Of a DNA stretch of 64,000 bases, positions 9,516 to 19,671 are shown piece by piece. The DNA comes from an uncultured bacterium. Its GTDB lineage: Bacteria; Actinomycetota; Acidimicrobiia; Spongiisociales; UBA4744. The stretch's first letter is position 1. Every line of letters begins with the position of its first letter. The stretch lies in NCBI GenBank assembly GCA_963827865.1, contig CAWHCO010000001.1, positions 111,304 to 175,303 of the forward strand. Direction: 5' to 3'. The notes beneath the pieces are model-generated. The model saw only the letters and a program-made list of their open reading frames with translations, did no database searches and was not told the origin of the DNA. The position numbers and the translations under genes are program-made.

Positions 9516-10847
9516 TCAGAGCGCCGCGGGCAGCTCCAGCCGGAAGACACTCCACCCGTCTTCATATGTGTAGACGAGTTCGCCATCCATCAGCCGTGCC
9601 ACCTTGCGGGAGACACTGAGCCCGAGCCCGATCGAGGCTGTCAGCCCGGGTCTCGTGTGAGCACGGCGGTATGGCTCGAAGATCCGTTCCCGCTCTTTCG
9701 GGGGCACGCCGGGACCGTTGTCGGAGACGACGAGCGACACGTAGGTTGGTCCCCCATGGAAGGCGATGCGTATCTCCTCGCCACCGTAGCGGATCGCGTT
9801 CGAGACGAGATTGCGGATGATCTGGCGGACCCGAGCCGGGTCGGCCGTCGCTCGGACGGTTGATCCGACGAGACTGATGCGGTCCCCTCTGGCCTCGCGG
9901 TCGAGCGCCTCGAGGGCCTGTCTTGCCTGCGCCCGAAGGTCCACCGACACGCTGGCCACAGTGAGGACGCCGTTGTCGGCTCTTGCCTCCACCAGCAGGT
10001 CTTCAACGATGTCCGCGAGGTCTGCTCCTTCGTTCGCGATGGTGGCGATCATCTCCTTGCGTTCGCTATCCGTCAGGTGGGAGACGTCACCGTTCAGGAG
10101 CTGCGCATAGCCCACGACAGCGGACAATGGCGTGCGGATTTCATGAGAGACTGAGGCGATCAGCTGATCCTTTGCATCCACGAGATCCTGCAGCCGTTGC
10201 TCTGCGACAACCTGCTCGGTGATGTCGACGACGTGGGTTACCAGCTGTTCAGGATGCTTGCCGGCCAACTCGAGAGGGGCCGAGCTCGCAAGCGCGTACC
10301 TCGTGTGGCCGTCACGGTGCAGGTAGCGAACTCTGGACCGTGACGAGGGAATCTCGCCTGCGAGCATTCGGCGCAATCGGGCCACGCTCGCGTCCCGGTC
10401 ATCGGGATGCAGGATTTCCGTCATGGACTTGGACAGCAACTCTTGTTCGGTGTAGCCGGTCGTGTCGAGGGCCGCTCGATTCACCGCGACAATTCGGCCG
10501 TCTTTCATGGAGACAATGGCGACGCCGATCGCAGCGGACTCGAATGTCTGGTGCCACTTGAACTCGCTGTCCTCGAGTGCACCAAGAGCCTCGTCGCGGG
10601 AACCGATCTCTCTCAGGTACTCGATTCGGCGTAGCCACCCGACCACAGCCATACCCAGCACCAGGAAGAGCGAGATGATTGCTGTTTCGTCGAGCTGCCG
10701 GGACTCGTACGCGAGTGACCACCCGACGAAGCGCTCGAAGAGGTCGAAATGCAGGGAGAGGCCGACTCCGACGGCCACGAACACGAGCAGAATCAGGAAG
10801 TCCCTGACCGCCGGCGAGACACGGTGATTCTTCGTCATCTCGAACAT
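9516..10847 (-). CDS. Membrane PAS-domain sensor histidine kinase (orphan)
   Basis: Two N-terminal TMs, one PAS/PAC, H-box VSHEIRTPL, N-box NLVSNAIRY, G boxes DNGPG and GLGL; start moved to ATG 10847 or 10838. Confidence 0.9.
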   Translation of the reverse strand: MFEMTKNHRVSPAVRDFLILLVFVAVGVGLSLHFDLFERFVGWSLAYESRQLDETAIISLFLVLGMAVVGWLRRIEYLREIGSRDEALGALEDSEFKWHQTFESAAIGVAIVSMKDGRIVAVNRAALDTTGYTEQELLSKSMTEILHPDDRDASVARLRRMLAGEIPSSRSRVRYLHRDGHTRYALASSAPLELAGKHPEQLVTHVVDITEQVVAEQRLQDLVDAKDQLIASVSHEIRTPLSAVVGYAQLLNGDVSHLTDSERKEMIATIANEGADLADIVEDLLVEARADNGVLTVASVSVDLRAQARQALEALDREARGDRISLVGSTVRATADPARVRQIIRNLVSNAIRYGGEEIRIAFHGGPTYVSLVVSDNGPGVPPKERERIFEPYRRAHTRPGLTASIGLGLSVSRKVARLMDGELVYTYEDGWSVFRLELPAAL

Positions 10848-11143
10848 CACTATGACTTGTCGGTATCCAGCCACGAAGACCGGATGACCATTCCCTCGTG
10901 GTCCGGCCTGACTACTCCCCATCGGGTTCACTCGGCCGTAGACAATCCAGGAAGAGCGACCACTCCGGGTGCCTGCCCCGGGCAATGATCAATGCCGCGA
11001 CTCCTCGACTATTTCGATCAGCGCGGCCACGTCGTGACCTAGGACGCGAGCGGGTGGCGCCTGACAGGTCGGTCGCCAATGACACGCGATCTGATCGCGT
11101 CGCTTCCCGACTCGTAGGACACCAGCCCATCACAAGTGGGAGA

Positions 11144-11590
11144 ATGAGCACAATGGGTCTTCCGGTACGCACGCTCGATGGCCTCGAAGGCAAGTGGCAT
11201 CTCGAAGGAGATGTGCTCGGCAAGCCACTCGTTCAGGAGGTGCGAGTCGAGTGGGTCCTCGGGGGCGCATATCTCGAGATGCACTACCTGCCGTCGACGG
11301 TGACACCGTTGACCGAGGAGCCGTACGAGGCCGTCGCCTTCATCGGGTGGGATCTTCAGGGACAAGGGAACTTCGTGATGTTCCTGTTCGACACGTTCGG
11401 CGCCGCGTACTCCTCACCTGGTGTCGGGAGCGCGCTCGACGGGGGTGGTGTCCGTTTCGATTTCGACTACCCACAAGGTGGCTTCGTGACCGATCTGATC
11501 CCTACGGGCGACGGGTGGCGGATCGAGCAGTTCTCTCGGGAGGAGGAACGGCTCGTTCCTTTCGCCGTCAAGCACCTCTCCCGACGCTGA
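11144..11590 (+). CDS. Hypothetical beta-barrel protein (DUF1579-like)
   Basis: LDGLEGKWHLEG...EWVLGGAYLEMH...YEAVAFIGWD pattern; start taken at ATG 11144. Confidence 0.55.
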   Translation: MSTMGLPVRTLDGLEGKWHLEGDVLGKPLVQEVRVEWVLGGAYLEMHYLPSTVTPLTEEPYEAVAFIGWDLQGQGNFVMFLFDTFGAAYSSPGVGSALDGGGVRFDFDYPQGGFVTDLIPTGDGWRIEQFSREEERLVPFAVKHLSRR

Positions 11591-11668
11591 GCCCCCACAT
11601 CCAGGGGTACTCCTGGGCTCGTTCTCACCTCTCAGCAGCCCGGCTCGGGTAGGTTTCGGCGCAACGGA

Positions 11669-12322
11669 ATGGAGGAGGAAACCATGACGACACCGTCAAC
11701 CCCGTATGCAGCTCGGCTCGAGATCGACTACCCGGAGAAGCTCGACCGTTTCACGAGCTTCTTCAGGGTGATTTGGATCATCCCGATCCTCGTCATTCTG
11801 AGTCTGCTGACGGCCACCGGCAACGAGACGGTCGTCAGAGCAGGTGAGCACATCCGACGCAGCGGCCTGGGCATCACCGGCGGTCTGTTCCTCGCGACGA
11901 TGCTGATGATCGTGTTCCGCGTCCGATACCCGAGATGGTGGTTCGACTTCGCGAGGGAGCTGCTCCGCTTCTCCACCCGAGTCGCCGCCTATCTGTTCCT
12001 GCTCACCGACCAGTACCCGTCGACGGTCGACGAGCAGGCCGTGCACCTGGAGTTCGACTATCCGGACGTCGAAAGAGATCTGAATCGATGGCTGCCGCTG
12101 GTCAAGTGGCTCCTGGCGATCCCCCACTACATCGTGCTCGCGATCCTGTGTGCGATCGCCGTCGTCGTGTGGGTCATCGCCTGGTTCACGATCCTGTTCA
12201 CCGGGCGGTACCCCCGGGCGCTGTTCGACTACGTGGTCGGGGTCGGTCGTTGGGGAATGCGTGTTGCCGCCTACGCCAGCCTGCTCGTCACCGACGTGTA
12301 CCCACCATTCAGTCTGCGGTAG
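11669..12322 (+). CDS. DUF4389 membrane protein
   Basis: Two internal repeats ending YPRWWFDF...LLTDQYP and RYPRALFD...LVTDVYPPFSL. Confidence 0.85.
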   Translation: MEEETMTTPSTPYAARLEIDYPEKLDRFTSFFRVIWIIPILVILSLLTATGNETVVRAGEHIRRSGLGITGGLFLATMLMIVFRVRYPRWWFDFARELLRFSTRVAAYLFLLTDQYPSTVDEQAVHLEFDYPDVERDLNRWLPLVKWLLAIPHYIVLAILCAIAVVVWVIAWFTILFTGRYPRALFDYVVGVGRWGMRVAAYASLLVTDVYPPFSLR

Positions 12323-12342
12323 CGCTCGGGAGTCGTCGAGCC

Positions 12343-13314
12343 TCAGAGCGCAAGTTGCGTCCCGATCCCTGCCTCACGTGCCCGTCGCACGAGTTCAGGG
12401 GCGACGGCCATATCGTCGAGGGCCAGCCCAAGGTTGATGGCGATGATCCGCTCGTCGTCCCGCTCACGCCGGGGCCGAGCACCTGCCACGACCTCCCCGA
12501 GGTCGGCGGTGGGTATCGGGGTCGTCTGGAAGTAGCCCTGCTCGCGGTAGTAGGCGAACTGCTCGTGGTCGTCGGTGGTCACCCTGTCGAACTCGGCGAG
12601 GGCCTCGCTTGTCCAGTAGCTGTCGAAGTCCACTGCGCTCGCGAAAGTCCCTGGTCGGACCCATCCCGCGGGGATCGTCGGGTCGGGATCGTGCAGAATC
12701 GGACCGGAGGTGACGACGAGGTCCGAGCCGACGACAGCCTCTCTGGGCGTATCGACGGCGACGATGTCGAGGTCGAGCCGCTCGGCCATCTCCTCGACGA
12801 ACCGATCCCGGGCAGCCGGAAAGATGTCGTAGGCATAGACCTTGCGAAGGTCGAACAGGTGCGCGAGGGCCTCCAGGTTGGTGCGGCCCTGTACCCCGCA
12901 GGCAAGGATCCCTGCAGTCTCGCTGTCGGGACGTGCGAGGTACTTGGCGGCGAGGCCGGTGGCGCCACCGGTTCGAACGGCGGTGATCCACGTGCAGTCC
13001 ATGACGGCCGTCGGCATGCCGGTTTCGGCGTCGTTGAGGATGAGGAGGCCGCTGATGTACGGCAGGCCCCGCGCCTGGTTGGCCGGGTAGCCGCTCACCC
13101 ACTTGATACCGGCCGACTCGAGTGCCGGGATGTAGGCGGGCATCGCATGGATGAAGGCGTCCGGCCGGGTGTGAATGCCGGGCTTGGGTGGCATCTCGAC
13201 CCGTCCCTGACCCTTCTCGATGAACGCTTGCTCGAGGAGGTCGATCACTGCGCCCATATCGAGCCCGACCGACTCGACGTCCGCTCGTGACAGGTACAGC
13301 AGGGACTCGGTCAT
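12343..13314 (-). CDS. Ornithine cyclodeaminase/mu-crystallin family protein
   Basis: MPPKPG, GIKWVSGYP, ITAVRTGGA, ILACGVQG Rossmann fold, GLALDD; start at ATG 13314. Confidence 0.88.
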   Translation of the reverse strand: MTESLLYLSRADVESVGLDMGAVIDLLEQAFIEKGQGRVEMPPKPGIHTRPDAFIHAMPAYIPALESAGIKWVSGYPANQARGLPYISGLLILNDAETGMPTAVMDCTWITAVRTGGATGLAAKYLARPDSETAGILACGVQGRTNLEALAHLFDLRKVYAYDIFPAARDRFVEEMAERLDLDIVAVDTPREAVVGSDLVVTSGPILHDPDPTIPAGWVRPGTFASAVDFDSYWTSEALAEFDRVTTDDHEQFAYYREQGYFQTTPIPTADLGEVVAGARPRRERDDERIIAINLGLALDDMAVAPELVRRAREAGIGTQLAL

Positions 13315-13355
13315 GTTGGCGACTCTACCGGGCGAATCGACCGTGGAGTCCCCGA

Positions 13356-13603
13356 TCACGGCTGCGATCCCTTCAACCCGAGCCCAAACCCGATCCAGGC
13401 GCCGACACAATCTGGGACGCGTGCGAAGGTGGCCATCAGCCCATCACCGGTGGTCTTCACCACGCTGCCACGGTTCGTCACGACCGCTTCGCGGGGATCA
13501 TGTCGTGTTGGGCGAGGGCCGGTCCCATCGTCTCCGGGTGGCGTTCCCAGAGGCGAGTGCTCGCCTCCAGGTCCGTGAACAGAAAGACGAGCAGGGCCGT
13601 CAT
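13356..13603 (-). pseudogene. Truncated class III adenylate/guanylate cyclase fragment (not in ORF track)
   Basis: MTALLVFLFTDLEASTRLWERHPETMGPALAQHDMI-[frameshift ~13490]-REAVVTNRGSVVKTTGDGLMATF: both catalytic Asp motifs (FTD, GDG) present, rest of the domain missing. Confidence 0.8.
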
Positions 13604-13815
13604 GCTAGGTGTGAGGGGTGAATTGTGACCGTCGGTCAGCCGCGTTCACCCGAGAGGAGCAAGCGCCTATCGGACCAGGTGGCGGACGAGCGAGTCGACT
13701 TCCATCGGTTGCACCGCTCGGTCACGTCGATTCGGACTGCGACTGAGGATCATCTGATTCCGGCCTGTAGGCAGCACGAGCCGGTAGTGTCGAAACGCAC
13801 TATTGCGGAGCCCCC

Positions 13816-14673
13816 GTGACCACCACAAGATTCGTCTTCCTCGCAGACACCCAACTCGGGGCATACGCCACGTTCAGCGGTCTGACCGAAGAGGAGGCCG
13901 CAGCGTTCCTGGTTCGCGGTATGCGCGTCTCGAGCGTCCCACGAGTTCATGGGCACGACTGGGATGCGATCAGGTACCGTGCGGCAGTCGATGCTGTCAA
14001 CGCCCTTGAACCGAGCTTCGTCGTGATCGGCGGTGACATGATCGACGATGCTTCGTCCCAAGAGCAACTCGACGAACTCCTCGATATCTCCGCCCAATTC
14101 GATTCCTCGATCCAGGTGCACTGGGCGCCCGGCAATCACGACATCGCTACGGATTCAGTAGCTCCGACGGACGAGAGCATCGATCACTACCGGCAGGTGT
14201 TCGGACCGGACTTCTACTCGTTCGGCGTGAACGGAACCCGATTTATCGTCATGGATACCGCCGTCTTCGACCAGCCAAGGTACGTCCCCGGTCATCTCGA
14301 GGAGCAGTTCGCCTTCCTCGAAGAAGAGCTGAACGGAGCTCGGGGCGCCGACCACATAGTCCTCTTCGGTCATCATCCGCTCTTCGTCGAGCACGCAGAC
14401 GAGCCCGACACCTACTGGAACATCCCTCGAGAGCGGCGAGCGAGGCTGCTCGCAATGATCCATGAGCACGGGGTGGAGATCGCGTTCGCCGGCCACCTCC
14501 ACCGAAACGCCGAAGCTCATGACGGGACCTTCCACATGGTGACATCAGGCCCGGTCGGATATCCGTTGGGTGACGACCCTTCAGGCTTCCGAATCGTGGA
14601 GGTAGGTCCCGACAGCATTACCCACGAGTACCACCCTCTCCAAATGCCCGACCGCCCGATCAAGGAGGACTGA
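13816..14673 (+). CDS. Calcineurin-like metallophosphoesterase (CpdA/CPPED1-like)
   Basis: DTQ, GGDM.D, GNHD, GHH and GHLH metal-binding motifs. Confidence 0.88.
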   Translation: MTTTRFVFLADTQLGAYATFSGLTEEEAAAFLVRGMRVSSVPRVHGHDWDAIRYRAAVDAVNALEPSFVVIGGDMIDDASSQEQLDELLDISAQFDSSIQVHWAPGNHDIATDSVAPTDESIDHYRQVFGPDFYSFGVNGTRFIVMDTAVFDQPRYVPGHLEEQFAFLEEELNGARGADHIVLFGHHPLFVEHADEPDTYWNIPRERRARLLAMIHEHGVEIAFAGHLHRNAEAHDGTFHMVTSGPVGYPLGDDPSGFRIVEVGPDSITHEYHPLQMPDRPIKED

Positions 14674-16314
14674 GTGAAGCCGGTGATCCTGACAGTTGAT
14701 GATGACAGCCTCGTTTTGGAGGCGATCAGGCGGGATCTACGAGCATCCTACGCGGAGGACTATCAGATCGTCTCCGCGGGCTCAGGCTCGGAGGCCCTGG
14801 ACACGCTGACGAGCATCCAGGGGCGCGGAGGAGTTGCTGCGCTGTTTCTGGTCGACCAGCGCATGCCGGAGATGACAGGCACTGAGTTCATCCGACACGC
14901 ACGCGAGCTCTTCCCAGATGCCAAGCGAGTACTGCTCACCGCGTACGCGGACACAGAAGCCGCCATCGACGCGATCAACGTCGTGGGTCTGGATCACTAC
15001 CTGATGAAGCCGTGGGATCCGCCGGAGCAACACCTCTACCCGGTTCTGGACGACCTGTTGGATGACTGGAGAGCCAATGTCCCGGCCCCATTCGACGGCG
15101 TTCGTGTCGCCGGCACCACATGGTCGCCACACACCCACACAATCAAGGACTTCCTCGCCCTCAACCACGTGCCCTATCGCTTCCTCGACATAGAGCGGGA
15201 GCCTGGTGCAGCCGAGATGGTGGAGGCGTCAGGTGGAACGATACCCGTGGTGTACTTCCCGGATGGAACCGTGCTCGTCGACCCCGACAGAAGAATGCTT
15301 GCCGAAAATGTGGGGCTGAAGACGGAAGCGACGAGCCGCTTCTACGACCTGATCATCATCGGCGGAGGACCCGCAGGACTCGCCGCCGCGGTGTACGGAG
15401 CATCGGAAGGACTCCGAACGGTGATGATCGAGCAGCAAGCTCCAGGGGGACAGGCGGGTACAAGCGCCAGGATCGAGAACTACCTCGGGTTCCCGTCGGG
15501 CATCAGCGGTGGCGATCTCGCACGACGGGCGGTTACGCAGGCCACCCGGCTGGGCGCGGAGATCCTCACCGATACAGTGACGAGTCTCGGAGTTGACGGC
15601 TCGGCCAAATCGGTGGGTCTGGAGAGCGGTGTCGAGCTGCAGAGTCACGCCGTCCTTGTCGCCACGGGCATGACCGTGCGGCGCCTCGCCGTGCCCGGAT
15701 ATGAACGGTTCGAAGGAGCCGGCGTCTACTACGGAGCCTCGGTCTCAGAGGCAACGACCTACCAGGGAGGGAGCGTCTTCGTAGTCGGCGGTGGAAACTC
15801 GGCCGGGCAGGCGGCCATGATGTTCTCCAAGTTCGCCGCACGCGTCACACTGATCGTGCGAGGCGAATCGCTGGGAGCGAAGATGTCCCAGTACCTCGTC
15901 GATCAGATCGCCTCACGAGAGAACATCGAGGTGCTCTCCCGCACTCAGGTGGTCGAGGTCCTCGGAGGACAGAAGGTCGAGAGGATCAGACTCAAGACGG
16001 GAACGGACGTCGACGAGCGCGACGCATCGGGGATCTTCATCTTCATCGGCGCAGTGCCCCACTCGGCCTTCCTCGAGGGGGTCGTAGAGCGCAACGATCG
16101 CGGCTTCATCTACACGGGCCCCGACATCTTCCTCCGTGGCAGCAAGCCTGCGACGTGGACGGTCGACCGGGATCCTTTCCTCCTCGAAACCAGCGTGCCG
16201 GGGGTCTTCGCAGCAGGGGATGTCCGCCACGGCGTCGTCCGAAGGGTCGCATCGGCCGTTGGCCAGGGATCGATCTCCGTCTCGATGGTGCACAAGTACC
16301 TTGACACGGTCTGA
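14674..16314 (+). CDS. Receiver-domain/glutaredoxin-like/thioredoxin-reductase-fold flavoprotein fusion
   Basis: REC (VDDD, VDQRMP, LTAY, MKP), Grx-like segment, TrxB fold (GGGPAG, GGGNSA, AAGDVR); no Cys anywhere in 546 aa. Confidence 0.88.
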   Translation: MKPVILTVDDDSLVLEAIRRDLRASYAEDYQIVSAGSGSEALDTLTSIQGRGGVAALFLVDQRMPEMTGTEFIRHARELFPDAKRVLLTAYADTEAAIDAINVVGLDHYLMKPWDPPEQHLYPVLDDLLDDWRANVPAPFDGVRVAGTTWSPHTHTIKDFLALNHVPYRFLDIEREPGAAEMVEASGGTIPVVYFPDGTVLVDPDRRMLAENVGLKTEATSRFYDLIIIGGGPAGLAAAVYGASEGLRTVMIEQQAPGGQAGTSARIENYLGFPSGISGGDLARRAVTQATRLGAEILTDTVTSLGVDGSAKSVGLESGVELQSHAVLVATGMTVRRLAVPGYERFEGAGVYYGASVSEATTYQGGSVFVVGGGNSAGQAAMMFSKFAARVTLIVRGESLGAKMSQYLVDQIASRENIEVLSRTQVVEVLGGQKVERIRLKTGTDVDERDASGIFIFIGAVPHSAFLEGVVERNDRGFIYTGPDIFLRGSKPATWTVDRDPFLLETSVPGVFAAGDVRHGVVRRVASAVGQGSISVSMVHKYLDTV

Positions 16315-17680
16315 GCGCACCGAGGGTCTACGAGCCGTCCCACTCTTCGCGACGCTCGCACAAGAGGACCTCGAGCGTCTCGCATCGGGAGTTGAGCAGA
16401 TAGATCTTCCCGCAGGCTCCCTCCTGTTCGAGGAAGGTGACAAAGGTGATCACGCCTACGTCATCAACGAAGGGGAGATCGACATCGTGAAGATCACCGA
16501 CGATCGCGAGATGTTGATCGCTCGGCGCGGACCTGGGGAGGTGATCGGCGAGATGGCACTGCTCGATGTCGCGCCCCGTATGGCCACTGCCAGAGCATCG
16601 ACAGACGCTTCGCTCCTGGCCATCCCGAAAGAGGATCTCGACGACCTCCTGGCGAGTAGTGCTGCTGCGGCACGGGCACTCTTCACCGGCCTGCTGGCCC
16701 GATGGCGAGAGACCCAAGGGCGGCTTCGACAGTCGGAACGTATGGCCCAGTTGGGAACGCTCACCGCAGGATTGGCTCACGAGTTGAACAACCCGGCCGC
16801 TGCTGTCCAGAGGAGCGCGGGCAGGCTCGGGGAGGCGGTTGAGAGACTGCGCGCTGCACTCGCGGCCACTTCCACGGTTGCAGCCGCACATCCAGACCTC
16901 GAGGAGCGTCTCCACACGGCACCCCAAGGGCGGCAACGACTGAGGCCGCTCGAAAGAGCCGATCTCGAATCGGAAGTCGAACGCGTCTTGACGGCGCGGA
17001 ATGTTCCGAAGCCGTGGGAACTGGCCGAGGGAGTCGCGTCGTCGGGCATGACCGTTGACGCCGTCGAGTCGCTCGTCTCCGACTACGGGGCCGACGCCGC
17101 TGTGGTGTTGGAGGCGCTCGTGGCTACGTCCCTGGTCACCGGGCTGGTCGAACAAGTCCAAGAAGGCGCCTCGAGGATGTCGACGATCGTCGGAGCGCTG
17201 AAGTCCTACTCGTATCTCGACCAAGCGCCGCTCCAAGACGTGGACATCCGCAAGGGAATTGAAGACACCCTCGTCATCCTCGAACACAAGCTCAAAGGCA
17301 TACAGGTAGAACTCGATCTAGAAAACATCCCGGCCATCACGGCTCACGGAAGTGAACTCAACCAGGTGTGGACGAACCTCCTCGACAACGCTGCCGATGC
17401 CGTCTCAGGCAAGCCAGATGCGAAGATCACGGTCCGCGGACGGGTATCGGATGGCGCCGTCGTTGTCGATGTCGAGGACAACGGGGATGGCATCCCTGGG
17501 GACGTACTCCCCCGGGTCTTCGACGCATTCTTCACCACGAAACCTCCAGGATCGGGAACGGGGTTGGGGCTCGACATCAGCTACTCGATCGTGGTGCATC
17601 GACACCGAGGCGAGTTGACGGTCGCATCGCGACCCGGCCGTACGGTCTTCACGGTGACCTTGCCGATGAACGCGCGATGA
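16301..17680 (+). CDS. cNMP-binding-domain sensor histidine kinase
   Basis: N-terminal cNMP domain (LFEEGD, GEVIGEMALL...PRMATARA), H-box LAHELNNP, NLLDNA, FTTKPPGSGTGLGL; probable TTG start 16301 overlapping the upstream gene. Confidence 0.88.
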   Translation: MTRSERTEGLRAVPLFATLAQEDLERLASGVEQIDLPAGSLLFEEGDKGDHAYVINEGEIDIVKITDDREMLIARRGPGEVIGEMALLDVAPRMATARASTDASLLAIPKEDLDDLLASSAAAARALFTGLLARWRETQGRLRQSERMAQLGTLTAGLAHELNNPAAAVQRSAGRLGEAVERLRAALAATSTVAAAHPDLEERLHTAPQGRQRLRPLERADLESEVERVLTARNVPKPWELAEGVASSGMTVDAVESLVSDYGADAAVVLEALVATSLVTGLVEQVQEGASRMSTIVGALKSYSYLDQAPLQDVDIRKGIEDTLVILEHKLKGIQVELDLENIPAITAHGSELNQVWTNLLDNAADAVSGKPDAKITVRGRVSDGAVVVDVEDNGDGIPGDVLPRVFDAFFTTKPPGSGTGLGLDISYSIVVHRHRGELTVASRPGRTVFTVTLPMNAR

Positions 17681-17739
17681 CATCGGCCGGGAGTCCCTGC
17701 GTGCCCGGCGAGGAACCCACCTCCTGAACGAGGGGCCGG

Positions 17740-18498
17740 CTACTCCTGAGCGGAGATCCCATCGTCCGCGATGGTCTGGCCGCCACACGCGACGGTGTGA
17801 AGGAGATCGATGGCTGCGTTGTCGGCCGGGATCGTGAACGTGCCGGTCGTGACGGTGCCGTTGCGAGCTTCGGTGCCGGTCACATTCACCACGGTTGAGG
17901 ACCAGTCCACCGTGCTGTCCGTCTGGTCCGTCACGTTGAGACCGACGAGCCGGCGGACACCGTCGATGGTCGCGCATCCGACGCCGGTGCCGTACTCGGT
18001 GAACCCGAGCGAGAACTCGTATGGGTTGCCCTGGGCATTGATGACATCGGCGATCGCGCAGTTCTCGAAGGCCCAAAGCTGCACCATTCGGCCGTCGTCG
18101 GCGAGGAACAGTGGCGGCGTTGAGTCGTTGACATCGACGACCAGCACCGATCGCATCACCGGGCTTGCGGAGTTCCACGTGCGCCGGGTGCCGCCTCCTG
18201 CAGCGGTAGCCACACCGACGGTCGTGACGCCGGAGGCGCCGGTGAAGACCCAGGCGGTGTCGGGTCGGCCATCGCCGTCCAGGTCGATCACCTGCTTGTC
18301 CGTGGCGCCCGCAGGGATGTCCGCAGAGCCGCCCGTGCAGGCAGACAACGCCACCGGCGAGGTACTTGCGGTAGTCGCGGACCGGAATGTAGTCGATGTC
18401 GTTGTACCGGTGGCCGTGCTGCTACACGATGCGGCAACCAGTGCAACGAGGGCCGGCGCGACGAAGGCGAACCGACGGGAAGGGGATGACGGTCGCAT
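17740..18498 (-). CDS. Hypothetical lipoprotein with DxDGDGxxD calcium-binding-like motif
   Basis: Lipobox AASC, Thr/Ser linker, DLDGDGRPD, paired Cys residues. Confidence 0.6.
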   Translation of the reverse strand: MRPSSPSRRFAFVAPALVALVAASCSSTATGTTTSTTFRSATTASTSPVALSACTGGSADIPAGATDKQVIDLDGDGRPDTAWVFTGASGVTTVGVATAAGGGTRRTWNSASPVMRSVLVVDVNDSTPPLFLADDGRMVQLWAFENCAIADVINAQGNPYEFSLGFTEYGTGVGCATIDGVRRLVGLNVTDQTDSTVDWSSTVVNVTGTEARNGTVTTGTFTIPADNAAIDLLHTVACGGQTIADDGISAQE

Positions 18499-18791
18499 GA
18501 TGAACCTCCGGCTCTTCAACGGCGGGCCGGTCACGGTCCGTCGAGGCCGCAGGCTAGAAACGCGCTGGAGCTACCGGGAATCACCGGACGAGCACACGTG
18601 CAAGCGACCGGCGCATGCAGTCCCCAAGCGCCTCATGGCTTGTAGCTGTGATCTCGTTCGTGTGGGCCCGCACCTCCCTGGGCGATGTCGAGGCGGGACC
18701 AGCACACTCCGGCGATCTCGACAGGGCACCCGAGAAACGGGGCACAGCAGCCGGAATCGAATACCGTTCATCCGACGACAGGAAGCAGGCT

Positions 18792-19541
18792 ATGTGTTTC
18801 GATCATGACTCCAAACCACCGATTCCCGACGGCGGGAGGGCAATCACGGTCGCCGACCTGACCCTGACCGCGCGAGACGGCAACGAGTTCGCCGCGTTCG
18901 AGGCCGCCGGCGACGAGAACTCAAAGGCGGCGGTGGTGGTCCTTCCCGACGTGCGTGGCCTTTTCCAGTTCTACAAGGATCTCGCTTCCCGGTTTGCCCA
19001 GGCCGGTCATGACGCAATCGCGATCGACTACTTCGGCCGCACGGCCGGGCTCGCCAAGAGGACGAATGACTGGGACTTCATGCCCCACGTGAAAGCCACG
19101 ACGTCCGAAGGGATCCGAAATGACGTCGCTGCGGCCGTGTCGAGGGTTCGTTCCGATGATCCCGACCGGCCAGTCTTCACGGTCGGGTTCTGTTTCGGCG
19201 GATCGAACTCGTGGCATCAGGCCGCCAACAGGCTGCGACTCTCAGGGGCGATCGGCTTCTACGGCAACCCGCGACGCGCCAGCGATGTGGTCCCGGCTAT
19301 CGATCGGGTTGGCGACATGGCGTGTCCGGTCATGGCGCTGATGGGGGGCGCCGACCCGAGCATCTCTCAGGAAGTGGTCGACGAGTTCGAGCAGACACTG
19401 AACGCGGCCGGGGTTGTCAACGAGATCGTCACCTATCCGGGAGCCCCCCACTCGTTCTTCGATCGCAAGCACGCTGATTTCGCTGAAGCCTCGGCGGATG
19501 CGTGGCAGAGAGTCTTGTCGTTCATCGGCGAGTACACCTAG
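18792..19541 (+). CDS. Dienelactone hydrolase family protein
   Basis: GFCFGG nucleophile elbow, GGAD, YPGAPHSF; start at ATG 18792. Confidence 0.9.
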   Translation: MCFDHDSKPPIPDGGRAITVADLTLTARDGNEFAAFEAAGDENSKAAVVVLPDVRGLFQFYKDLASRFAQAGHDAIAIDYFGRTAGLAKRTNDWDFMPHVKATTSEGIRNDVAAAVSRVRSDDPDRPVFTVGFCFGGSNSWHQAANRLRLSGAIGFYGNPRRASDVVPAIDRVGDMACPVMALMGGADPSISQEVVDEFEQTLNAAGVVNEIVTYPGAPHSFFDRKHADFAEASADAWQRVLSFIGEYT

Positions 19542-19671
19542 CAAGCCAAGACTCAGGACCGGCGTGTCTGTAGAGCCCGCCATGGCCGGAGGCCCGGACC
19601 GGTGTTTGCGCCCGAGTGAGCCAACGGGCCCCGCGGGCGTTTCCAACGCTAGCCCCGACCGTTTCACACAC

